Part shown: positions 37,376 to 46,595 of the stretch, piece by piece
How the letters are laid out: each line of letters starts with the position of its first letter
Position numbering within the stretch: the stretch's first letter is position 1
Assembly (NCBI GenBank): GCA_004796365.1
Contig: QZLE01000074.1
Span: forward strand, 12,028 to 76,027
Length of the DNA: 64,000 bases
Direction: 5' to 3'
Source: Gammaproteobacteria bacterium
Lineage (GTDB): Bacteria; Pseudomonadota; Gammaproteobacteria; QZLD01
Notes under the pieces: model-generated
What the model saw: the letters and a program-made list of their open reading frames with translations, nothing else
Databases searched by the model: none
What the model was told of the DNA's origin: nothing
Position numbers and translations under genes: made by a program

Positions 37376-40009
37376 TTAGTTACAAGAGTCTACAACCACC
37401 CAATAACCACTACTCTCCTCTTGTAGGGAACTGGTAGCACTGTACCAAACAGATCCTGTATATCCCATATGGTCATCAGAGCCATTTGCATATGCGTTTG
37501 CGACATACCAAACACTCTTGCTGTACGCTCTACCCTCTTCCACATGATCATAGTTTGTAGCAGTTATACAGTCACCTACCGGTGTATTTTTTACTTCCAA
37601 GTCGAAAACAATAGGCTTACTACTTAGTCCAGAACTATCATTCGCTTCTATTGTGACGTTGTAAGGCCCTGGCTCAAGATTAGTAAAACTGCAAGTAAAG
37701 TCAGTTGTGCCGTCGCAGATAACCACCCCTACACCGACAACTGAGGCAATAACTTCTTTGATGTCATTATTGTCGTCTATAGCTTTACCTGTAATGGTCA
37801 AGTTAAGATCTTGGACGTCATAGCTGTAATCAATGATGGAAGGTGCAACTGGTTGAGTACTAGGACATTTACCAACGGAGAAGTACCCTTTTGGAGTTTC
37901 TTTTAGTGTAGTTTCATCTGAACCAGATGTACCAAGGTTTTCATCACTTCCGTTTGTGTACCAAGTTGTCGTTGCATACCACCACCAACCAGATGTTTTG
38001 GTATATGCTCTGCCGCTTGCCTTATGTTCCGAGTTTGAAGATGTATATTGTTTGCAATCAAAAGTTATCTCAAAATATTGAGGTTCTGTTTCAAAACTAT
38101 AGAGATTACCTGTATCGATAGCTCTAGCTTTTACGGTGTATGTGCCCTCATCCATCTCAGGGCTTGAATAACTAAATGCTTCTTGGCCGTCAACCGTTAT
38201 CCAGTTTCCTGAATCATTGATATCTATTTGAACGTATGAAAGATTATTGTCTGGATCTGATGCTGTTCCAGTAACAGTGAAGAATAATCCGTTAGCTGAA
38301 ACTTCAATTGAATCAATTGTTGGTGGATTTTTAGGAACATCTGGAGCGATAAAACATTTCTCATCTGACCATTCACTTTGGTTTAACGCAACATCTGCTG
38401 CATATGCTCTTATGCAGTGCTCACCAGCATCTAATAGTGCATAATCTATTTGGTGTGTCACAGTTGCAGTAGGGCCATCAGTTTCAACATCAATAGCTTT
38501 GTGCTCACTGCCATCTACGTATAAATATATCTTATCTAGATCTGCATCACTATCAGATACATTGATGGCAATTGTAACTACGGTTTCTTCTGTAGTTATA
38601 TTAATTGCTTCAATGATCGGTGGGTGAGTTACAAAATTTCCTATTGCTGCAACTAGGTCTATTCTACGCTTATCTTCATCTCCTATTACTTGAACACCTG
38701 TATTATGGAATGTTGCAACAAGGTTGTCCTTATCTAGAGAAAGATCTGGCTTAAATTGTAATATTTGAGCTGTCATGCCTGCCGCAGCTGGGGTTGCAGA
38801 TGATGTACCACCTAATGTCCAGGTTCCTCCGCCGCACTGTGCGCATTCGACTTCCTCAGAAGGAGCATAAAGATCAAGAAACGATGTCATATTTGAATAG
38901 CAAGTTTTTTCGTCAGCTGACCTTTCGTTATCAATGCAATTTGCTGGACTAAAGGGCTCGTAATTAGCATTATCTTCATCCCATACAGAGCCGATGGAAA
39001 TAATATTATCTGAGCAAGCTGGGCTAGCAATAGCATTTGTGTACCCATCATTACCTGAAGCGGCTATCACTAAAACACCATTTTCAAGAGCAGTTTCTGC
39101 AGCTTCATGCATTATGCCAGTGTTACATGTACTGTAGTTTCTGCCAGCACCAAGGGACATGCTAATTACCTTGATAGGTGGTCCGCCTGCTACACCATCT
39201 TTATTTTCAATTACCCAGTTAATGGCGTTCGCAATTACTGAATCATATGCATTGGGAAATACAGTTAGAGCATAAATTCCAGAGTCTGGGGCATATCTTC
39301 TTGCGATAGAGGCTGTTCCAGTGCCATGGTAACAGCTTGCAAAATCGTGTGAGTGAACTGATTCACCAGGGTCAGAAAAGTTTTCTCCAGCAAATACAAC
39401 GCCATTTGGAAGCGTGGTACTTCCACCAAGTTCTTCATGCAGTAAGTCAAAATGAGAATCAATGATGGCTATACCAACATCTTTTCCGGTATAACCACTA
39501 GCAGCAACTACATCACTACCAGTTCTCATTCTTCCTTCAACTGTAAAAAGCTTATTTAGTTTATCAATTTCGATAGATACAACATCATTTCTTGCTGCGA
39601 TTAGGTTTGCCACTTCAAGTGATGGAAGATACCCAGCAACCGAGTTTTGCAATTTGAGCTTCGTTGCTAAAGAGAATCCGTTCTGACCATAGGTTTTAAA
39701 CAGCCCATTTTGTTTCAGCGATTCGATGAATTTATTTTGCAGATTAAGATTTCTTTGAATAATTTCACTTATGCTAAAGGGCATTGCAGTGTTAAAAGAT
39801 TTTAAAGTATCTTTTAATTTAATTATTACTCTTACTTGCTCGCCTTGAGATTTTATTGATGCAGGAGAAAATTGATCAGTGAGGCTCTTGGTATCAAATG
39901 CGTTAAACACATCTGGAGAAATTTTTTGGCTGTACTCGGCACTAACTGTATGTGAACTAAATGAAACTACGAATAAAAAAATCGATACGACGAAATATCT
40001 TAACGTCAT
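37376..40009 (-). CDS. Secreted subtilisin-like (S8) serine peptidase with a modular C-terminal extension
   Basis: 877 aa with the signal peptide FLFVVSFSSHTVSA/EY. Catalytic triad contexts are AIIDSHFD (Asp184), CYHGTGTASIA (His228) and GGTSSATPAAAG (Ser403). Three Ig-like repeats and two Cys-bounded GRAY modules follow. Confidence 0.9.
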   Translation of the reverse strand: MTLRYFVVSIFLFVVSFSSHTVSAEYSQKISPDVFNAFDTKSLTDQFSPASIKSQGEQVRVIIKLKDTLKSFNTAMPFSISEIIQRNLNLQNKFIESLKQNGLFKTYGQNGFSLATKLKLQNSVAGYLPSLEVANLIAARNDVVSIEIDKLNKLFTVEGRMRTGSDVVAASGYTGKDVGIAIIDSHFDLLHEELGGSTTLPNGVVFAGENFSDPGESVHSHDFASCYHGTGTASIARRYAPDSGIYALTVFPNAYDSVIANAINWVIENKDGVAGGPPIKVISMSLGAGRNYSTCNTGIMHEAAETALENGVLVIAASGNDGYTNAIASPACSDNIISIGSVWDEDNANYEPFSPANCIDNERSADEKTCYSNMTSFLDLYAPSEEVECAQCGGGTWTLGGTSSATPAAAGMTAQILQFKPDLSLDKDNLVATFHNTGVQVIGDEDKRRIDLVAAIGNFVTHPPIIEAINITTEETVVTIAINVSDSDADLDKIYLYVDGSEHKAIDVETDGPTATVTHQIDYALLDAGEHCIRAYAADVALNQSEWSDEKCFIAPDVPKNPPTIDSIEVSANGLFFTVTGTASDPDNNLSYVQIDINDSGNWITVDGQEAFSYSSPEMDEGTYTVKARAIDTGNLYSFETEPQYFEITFDCKQYTSSNSEHKASGRAYTKTSGWWWYATTTWYTNGSDENLGTSGSDETTLKETPKGYFSVGKCPSTQPVAPSIIDYSYDVQDLNLTITGKAIDDNNDIKEVIASVVGVGVVICDGTTDFTCSFTNLEPGPYNVTIEANDSSGLSSKPIVFDLEVKNTPVGDCITATNYDHVEEGRAYSKSVWYVANAYANGSDDHMGYTGSVWYSATSSLQEESSGYWVVVDSCN

Positions 40010-40219
40010 TTTGGTCTCCTTTCCAAGCTAAAAGGGCAGTTTTTGTTTTATTTAAGTAAAATCACTGGGGGCAAGTTGATTTTATTCGGTCATTATTTAT
40101 ACAAATATTATTGGTATTTGTCCAGCAAAAAACTAGTCTTATTTAGATTCTAACTTGAACTTCAAGCTTTAAAACTTATTGATTTTAAGAATAAACGACA
40201 GAGCCTTTGATATTTAAAA

Positions 40220-40687
40220 TTAGTTAGTGGCAACTTCTTCCTGCTCTTCCAACAACAGGGGTATTGACTCAGGAAGTGTTTCCACAAATTCTTTTATTTG
40301 ATCTCTAACAACTCGATAACAGTTAAGTTTGCGTTGCTCACCCTCGACAAGCGCCGCCAGCTTTGGCGGATCGTCAAAATATCTACTAATTATTGTGGCA
40401 TTTGCTGGAAATACAGGGCATATCTGTTGTGCGTTATCACAAACTGTTACAACAAAATCAAAGTCAATGTGCAATAAATCATTTATATGCTGCGACTCAT
40501 GTTCTGTTATATCAATTCCAACCTCCTGCATTACTTTTACCGCATGAGGATTCAAGCCGCGGGCTTCAACACCTGCTGAATAAACATCAAAAAAGTCGTT
40601 TTTAAGCGCTCTGGTCCAACCTTCAGCCATCTGGCTTCTGCACGAATTACCTGTGCATAGGAATAATAGCTTTATTTTTTTGTCCAT
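40220..40687 (-). CDS. arsC: Arsenate reductase, LMW-PTP (thioredoxin-coupled) type
   Basis: 155 aa with the P-loop LFLCTGNSCRSQMAEGW plus the downstream Cys pair VTVCDNAQQICP. Confidence 0.8.
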   Translation of the reverse strand: MDKKIKLLFLCTGNSCRSQMAEGWTRALKNDFFDVYSAGVEARGLNPHAVKVMQEVGIDITEHESQHINDLLHIDFDFVVTVCDNAQQICPVFPANATIISRYFDDPPKLAALVEGEQRKLNCYRVVRDQIKEFVETLPESIPLLLEEQEEVATN

Positions 40688-40754
40688 TTTAGCTCCATAC
40701 GCGACTGTTTTAGGTCAATATCAATTTACTATCTTAAATAGTAGCATCAGAAAA

Positions 40755-42686
40755 CTATTTTTTTACTCTTGGAATCAGGTTTTTTTTATCGTTGCCGATT
40801 AGATAATCTTTTCCCATAATTCTCAATGTCTTTCTAAGTAAATCCCAGTTTTTTGGATCATGATACCTTAGAAATGCCTTTTGAATCCTTCTTTGAGTGC
40901 CTTTTTTAACGTTCCGAATTCTGTCACTTTCCTTACTTACCCGGTGGGTCACATCAAGATCTGAAAAATACATGGCCGCAGCCTTGGTCATAGGTGTAGG
41001 ATAAAAACTTTGCACCTGATCAACACGAAAACGATTCTTTTTCAGCCACAGAGCAAGGTCAAGCATGTCTTGATCTGATGTCCCAGGATGGCCAGAAATA
41101 AAATAGGGGATTATGTATTGCTCCTTGCCCTCCTCTTTTGAAAATTGAGAAAACAGCTGCATAAAACGTTCAAATTGTTCAATTCCAGGTTTATACATCA
41201 AGCGAAGAACAGGAGTTTGTGTATGCTCAGGCGCAATCTTCAAATAACCTCCAGTGTGATGAGCCGCTAACTCACGAATATATTTTTTTGAGCGCAATGC
41301 TAGATCATATCTTACACCTGAGCCAATAAGCACTTTTTTTATACCGGCAATTTTTCTGGATTTTCGATACAGATCTAAAAGCTGACTGTGATCAGTATTT
41401 AGGTTGCTGCAAATTTTGGGGTAAAGGCATGATTGACGGTTACATTTTTTACACTGTTCAAACTCTTTGCCTCGCATTTTATACATATTTGCACTGGGAC
41501 CACCAATATCGCTTATAACTCCAGTAAAGCCTGCAACAGAATTTTTAATTTGCTCTATCTCTTCTAAAACAGACTGCTCAGAGCGTGACTGAATAAATTT
41601 ACCTTCGTGAGCTCCGATAGAGCAGAAGCTGCACCCACCAAAGCAGCCACGCATAATATTTACAGAAAAACGGATCATTTCATATCCGGGCATTTTAAAT
41701 GTTTTGTAGTCAGGATGCGGTATACGTTTAAAGGGCAACCCATAAATGTAATCCATCTCATCTGGCAATAGTGGCTCAGCTGGTGGGTTTATCCAGATAT
41801 ATCTATCACCATGCGCTTGTATCATAGGTGCAGAACTATATGGGTTAATTCCTTGATGAAACTGATGGGAAGCATGCGCATAAGCTGACGAATCTTTGCA
41901 AATACTCTCATATGACGGGAGTTTTATAACACTATTAGCTTTATGGGACTGTTTTACTATCTTTGAGAGTTTTTCAGGAAGTTGACTTCTGTCATCAACA
42001 TTAACCCCTTCAGGCAACTTTGAAACTGCTGTGACAGTTCCGGAGATTTGGTTGAGAAGGCTTATTAAATTTCCTTTTGCAAGCTGGTGGGATATCTCAG
42101 CAAGCTGTCTTTCCCCGTTTCCATAAACCAGTATATCTGCCTTTGAATCGATAAGGATCGAACGACGAACCTTATCCGACCAGTAATCATAATGCGCAAT
42201 ACGGCGCAGACTGGCTTCAATTCCACCAATTATAACCGGTACATCATTAAATGCCTCTTTGCAGCGCTGACTGTAAACAATTACTGAGCGGTCAGGTCTT
42301 TTATTAGCTTCACCATTTGGAGAATAAGCATCATCACTGCGTATTTTTTTATCCGCAGTATATTTGTTTACCATAGAATCCATGTTGCCGGATGTTACAC
42401 CGAAATAAAGATTCGGTTTTCCAAGGCGTTTAAAGTCTTCAGGGGTATTCCAGTTTGGTTGATCTATGATGCCAACTCTATATCCGAGAGATTCAAGAAA
42501 ACGCCCAACAATGGCCATCCCATAACTCGGATGATCAACATATGCATCCCCTGTAACTATAATAATATCGCAGCTATCCCAACCAAGGTTCTCCATCTCT
42601 TTTCTTGATCTGGGCAAGAAATCGGCAACGCCAAAACATTCAGCCCAATATTTAGGATAATGCGAAATATTTTTGTATGAGAACAC
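40755..42686 (-). CDS. ygiQ: YgiQ-family radical SAM protein (UPF0313)
   Basis: 643 aa. The radical-SAM cluster motif is [12 protein letters not shown], and the N-terminus [23 protein letters not shown] is typical of YgiQ. Confidence 0.85.
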   Translation of the reverse strand: MFSYKNISHYPKYWAECFGVADFLPRSRKEMENLGWDSCDIIIVTGDAYVDHPSYGMAIVGRFLESLGYRVGIIDQPNWNTPEDFKRLGKPNLYFGVTSGNMDSMVNKYTADKKIRSDDAYSPNGEANKRPDRSVIVYSQRCKEAFNDVPVIIGGIEASLRRIAHYDYWSDKVRRSILIDSKADILVYGNGERQLAEISHQLAKGNLISLLNQISGTVTAVSKLPEGVNVDDRSQLPEKLSKIVKQSHKANSVIKLPSYESICKDSSAYAHASHQFHQGINPYSSAPMIQAHGDRYIWINPPAEPLLPDEMDYIYGLPFKRIPHPDYKTFKMPGYEMIRFSVNIMRGCFGGCSFCSIGAHEGKFIQSRSEQSVLEEIEQIKNSVAGFTGVISDIGGPSANMYKMRGKEFEQCKKCNRQSCLYPKICSNLNTDHSQLLDLYRKSRKIAGIKKVLIGSGVRYDLALRSKKYIRELAAHHTGGYLKIAPEHTQTPVLRLMYKPGIEQFERFMQLFSQFSKEEGKEQYIIPYFISGHPGTSDQDMLDLALWLKKNRFRVDQVQSFYPTPMTKAAAMYFSDLDVTHRVSKESDRIRNVKKGTQRRIQKAFLRYHDPKNWDLLRKTLRIMGKDYLIGNDKKNLIPRVKK

Positions 42687-42815
42687 TAAGAGTTTCCTGG
42701 ACAGAAATAAAGTTGATAGAGTTAACTATATCAGAAACTACTGAGGTGATCAGCTTGAAAAGCCCTGTGATTTCGACTAGATAGTATATATAACTATAAA
42801 TTTTCCGGTGGTTTA

Positions 42816-43634
42816 ATGCCTTATTTCAGTACTGGCGAAGTTGAATTGTATTATGAGATGCTTGGTTCAGGCGAGGAATCAATAGTATTTCTTAATGGTG
42901 TAATGATGAACACCGATACTTGGGCGATTCAAACAAGAGAACTTAAAGATAAGTACAACATAGTAGTTAGCGACTTCCGGGGACAAGGTAAATCTTCAAA
43001 ACCTGATATGCCTTATACATTTGAAATGCATGCTGATGACCTGAAACAATTACTTGATGGTCTAGGTATAAAAAAGGCGCATTTTGTAGGGACTTCCTAC
43101 GGGGCTGAAGTCGGAATGCACTTTGCGCTTCGATATCCTGCATTAGTTAAAAGTCTGGTTCTGGCAACCGCTGTTAGCGAGTCTGATGCGTTATTAAAAC
43201 ATAAGATCGAAACCTGGAAAGTTGCTGCCAAACACGCTTTGGAGCTAGGCGAACAATCAAAGTATGATTTTTTCCTATCATGTGCGCCGCTAAATTTTTC
43301 ATCAATGTTTATTGAAAAACACCCGGATTTTATTCACGAAAGAGCAACATCAATAGCTAAGTTTTCAGATGAGTGGTTCACCGCCTTTATCAGGTTATGC
43401 GAGTGCTTCCAGAGCTTGGACATTACCGGGCAATTGCACAAAATCAATGTACCTTCATTAATTATTGCCGCTGAATATGATGACCTTAAAACCGTGAGAT
43501 ATTCTTCAATACTATCAAATGAAATCCCAAACTCGGAATCTGTAATCGTTATGAATGCAGGGCACTCAATGGTAATTGAAAATTCCAGGGAGTTTTTGAC
43601 TTGTATTTTGGGCTTTATTAGTAAAATAAAATAG
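42816..43634 (+). CDS. Alpha/beta-fold hydrolase
   Basis: 272 aa. The nucleophile elbow is FVGTSYGAEVG (G-x-S-x-G), and the C-terminal NAGHSMVIE supplies the His. Confidence 0.8.
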   Translation: MPYFSTGEVELYYEMLGSGEESIVFLNGVMMNTDTWAIQTRELKDKYNIVVSDFRGQGKSSKPDMPYTFEMHADDLKQLLDGLGIKKAHFVGTSYGAEVGMHFALRYPALVKSLVLATAVSESDALLKHKIETWKVAAKHALELGEQSKYDFFLSCAPLNFSSMFIEKHPDFIHERATSIAKFSDEWFTAFIRLCECFQSLDITGQLHKINVPSLIIAAEYDDLKTVRYSSILSNEIPNSESVIVMNAGHSMVIENSREFLTCILGFISKIK

Positions 43635-43635
43635 C

Positions 43636-44508
43636 TTACACGCCGAGTATCTCATTAATCTTATCCAAACTTTCCTTGTCGGTATTACCCTGCTCTCTTG
43701 CTAAAGCAACTGTTTTCAATCCAAGTAATTTATATGCAGCTAATAACTGCTCATCACCCTCTTCAACAAACGCATCCAAATGCTTGGTTATAGTTAACAC
43801 ATCACCTCGAGATATAGGCCCGGTGAGGGCTGCTGAAGGGGATGAGTTAAAGATATTGCACAGAGTGTCTTTTGCAATTGTTTCAATAATGTTGCTAGCT
43901 ATTTCCCTGTTAACACCAGCTTTGCCATAGGTGGTTATTCCTAGTTCAATGAGCGTATTCAAATAATTGCAGGATAATACAGCTGCAGCATGATAAAGTG
44001 ACTTTTTTTCCGGATCTATATCGAAGCAGTAAGCTCCAGCACGGGCGAATATTGATTTTAATAAATCAACAGCTTCATAGTCCCCCTCAAAACCACAATA
44101 TGTTCCACTAAATGTTTTAGCAGCATGCTCAGGTGAAGCGAAGCTTTTAACCGGGTGGACGCTTGCTACTAAATGTTCATTATTGACCGCGTCACACAAC
44201 GAGGAAGATGCAATAGTGCCACTACAGTGCGCAAAAATTGATTTAGTCTTTATTAGTTGAGATTTTATGATTTCGTCGCATGTGCTTATGATGAGGTCAT
44301 CCGGTGTTGTTATCAAATGGATATCTGCATCCGGCAAACAGCCTGCAGATGTAATAAAATCATCAGCATTTATTTTGTCATATAAAACAGACAGTTTAGT
44401 AGGGTCATAATCGCAAATTGCACCCAATCGTATCTCTGGATTTTTGTTAAAAATTATTGCTAGCGTAGACCCCGCCTTACCTGCACCAATTATATTTATC
44501 TTTTTCAT
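43636..44508 (-). CDS. Rossmann-fold oxidoreductase-like protein with a DUF2520-type C-terminus
   Basis: The track ORF extends to 44550. ATG 44508 gives MKKINIIGAGKAGSTLA, a dinucleotide-binding G-x-G-x-x-G right at the N-terminus. Confidence 0.65.
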   Translation of the reverse strand: MKKINIIGAGKAGSTLAIIFNKNPEIRLGAICDYDPTKLSVLYDKINADDFITSAGCLPDADIHLITTPDDLIISTCDEIIKSQLIKTKSIFAHCSGTIASSSLCDAVNNEHLVASVHPVKSFASPEHAAKTFSGTYCGFEGDYEAVDLLKSIFARAGAYCFDIDPEKKSLYHAAAVLSCNYLNTLIELGITTYGKAGVNREIASNIIETIAKDTLCNIFNSSPSAALTGPISRGDVLTITKHLDAFVEEGDEQLLAAYKLLGLKTVALAREQGNTDKESLDKINEILGV

Positions 44509-44613
44509 AGTTGCTCTGCGTATCGGTATTGATAATAGTAAGAAAATCATAACAGCTTGAAGATAATCGTAAAGCTATTTAGTATTGCTCTTTTGTAAAT
44601 CGCGGCCCGGCAA

Positions 44614-45609
44614 ATGCAGCAGTCTCAAGGTTACATGTTTAAGCAGCACAACATACTGGCTATATATCTATTATTGGCCCTATTCGTGCTTTTTTTTGTG
44701 TCTTTATTTATTGGGCGTATTCCAATCTCAATTAGCGAATTAACCTCTGATAGCAGGGTCTACTCAATAATAATTGAACTTCGCTTACCAAGAATTATCT
44801 CAGCATTATGTATTGGCGTTGGCCTAGCAGGCAGTGGTGCTGTATATCAGGCATTATTTAGAAATCCCTTAGTTTCTCCTGATATTCTAGGAGTAACTGC
44901 TGGATGCTCACTTGGTGCTGCCTTAGCCCTTATTTTGGGCTATGAATCTATATTTAGCGTACAACTGTTTTCATTTGTCTTTGGCCTGGCTTCTGTCTTT
45001 ATCGCACTTTACGTTTCGAAACTAATTGCGCCTAGTCAAATTGTAACGCTAGTTCTTATTGGAATCATTATAACGGCTACCTTTAATGCCTTTTTACTCT
45101 GTGCAAAATATATTGCCGACCCATATGACGAGCTTCCGGCTATTATATTCTGGATCATGGGAGGCCTGTACAGAATTGGATGGAACGAGGCCATTTCGTT
45201 AGCAATTCTAATTGCAATTGTCTTTGTTGGTATTTATAAAGCCCGTTTTCGTCTGAATATTCTCTCTCTAGGTGAAGTACATGCCAAATCACTTGGGGTA
45301 AATTACACATTAAATAAAATAATATTAATTACTATAACTTCTATAGTTATTAGCTTGATTATCTCTAATTGTGGCCAAATCGGATGGGTTGCGCTAGTTG
45401 TTCCACATTTGTCCAGGGTGCTGGTTGGTCCTGATCATAAGAAAATGATCCCGATAGCTATGATTATCGGTGCTATTATGATGCTTTTATTTGATGATTT
45501 GGCGAGGTCAATAACCTCTGCAGAGCTCCCTATTTCTATCTTTACTTCAATTATTGGTGCTCCAATTTTCGGAATATTATTAATTAAAAACCGTGGAGTA
45601 AATTGGTAG
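44614..45609 (+). CDS. FecCD/BtuC-family ABC importer permease
   Basis: 331 aa, about 9-10 TM helices. It has RLPRIISALCIGVGLAGSGAVYQALFRNPLVSPDILGV and GAPIFGILLI, typical of iron-siderophore/cobalamin permeases. Confidence 0.85.
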   Translation: MQQSQGYMFKQHNILAIYLLLALFVLFFVSLFIGRIPISISELTSDSRVYSIIIELRLPRIISALCIGVGLAGSGAVYQALFRNPLVSPDILGVTAGCSLGAALALILGYESIFSVQLFSFVFGLASVFIALYVSKLIAPSQIVTLVLIGIIITATFNAFLLCAKYIADPYDELPAIIFWIMGGLYRIGWNEAISLAILIAIVFVGIYKARFRLNILSLGEVHAKSLGVNYTLNKIILITITSIVISLIISNCGQIGWVALVVPHLSRVLVGPDHKKMIPIAMIIGAIMMLLFDDLARSITSAELPISIFTSIIGAPIFGILLIKNRGVNW

Positions 45610-46376
45610 TGGCATTGAATGTTGAATCAATATCTTTTGCTTACAGCAATAAACCGGTGTTAAAAAATATTTCAGTGAAAATTAACAGTGGAAGTCTGTG
45701 CGCTATTTTAGGTGGTAATGGATCAGGAAAAACAACTTTTATTAAATGTATTAATAAGTTGTTATCGCCGCAATCTGGAAGAATTCTATTAAATGATAAT
45801 GACATAAACCAATTGTCACATAATGAAGTTGCAAAGCTAGTTAGTTACGTACCACAGGAGCACGATAATATCTTGCCCTACCCTGTCATCGAGGTTGTTG
45901 TGATGGGGGTGTCGCCATACCTTAGTGTTGGTCAAATTCCAAATGCTGAGCATTACCAATTTGCCAGGGATGTGCTTTCCAAGCTAAATGCGAGATATCT
46001 TGAGACCAAACAATTTAACCAAATTTCGGGTGGCGAAAGGCAGATTGCTCTTATAGCAAGAGCGTTAGTTCAAAAAAGCCCCATTATGCTTTTGGATGAA
46101 CCTTCAAATCACCTTGATTTTAGTCGCAAATCACTATTAATGAACTTATTAAGGAATATATGTTCACAGGAAAATAAAACTATCGTTACAACCACCCATG
46201 ACCCTAATCTAATATCATCAGTTGCTGACCACGTGATTATGTTAAAAGATGGGGAGGTTTTCTGCGAAGGTTTTACTGAAAATGTATTGCAATCAAATAA
46301 TATTTCAGAGATTTATGATGTTGATATAGAGACAGTTAGAGATGATTGTGGAAGAAATCTCTTCTTTGCTAGGTAA
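45603..46376 (+). CDS. ABC transporter ATP-binding protein (BtuD/FepC-like)
   Basis: Walker A GGNGSGKTT, signature ISGGERQ, Walker B IMLLDEPSNHLD, H-loop TTHD. The start is TTG 45603 or GTG 45609 and overlaps the permease stop. Confidence 0.88.
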   Translation: MVVALNVESISFAYSNKPVLKNISVKINSGSLCAILGGNGSGKTTFIKCINKLLSPQSGRILLNDNDINQLSHNEVAKLVSYVPQEHDNILPYPVIEVVVMGVSPYLSVGQIPNAEHYQFARDVLSKLNARYLETKQFNQISGGERQIALIARALVQKSPIMLLDEPSNHLDFSRKSLLMNLLRNICSQENKTIVTTTHDPNLISSVADHVIMLKDGEVFCEGFTENVLQSNNISEIYDVDIETVRDDCGRNLFFAR

Positions 46377-46595
46377 AAAGCTAAATATAAGCATCCAAAA
46401 AAATGCTCGATATATAATTCGATTTTTTTTGTCATTTACGACTGTTACCTAATTTTATTCAATCTATCTAATAAAATAGTTTATTAATACAACGAAAGAT
46501 GGCTTTACTGTGAAATATTTACGCCTTAATACTATATAGAAGAAATTTATTTTTATGCTTTACTTTTAATAAGGGTAAAATTATGGGATGTAACT

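Noticed and set aside
40220-40687. An arsenic resistance island around arsC
   Set aside because: Only a lone LMW-PTP-type arsC is present. No arsR, arsB/acr3 or arsA/D gene and no mobility gene flanks it. The neighbours are ygiQ and a secreted protease.
44509-44613. A cobalamin riboswitch upstream of the BtuCD-like importer
   Set aside because: Only about 105 nt are available, and I cannot find a B12-box-like element. A cobalamin riboswitch normally needs about 200 nt.
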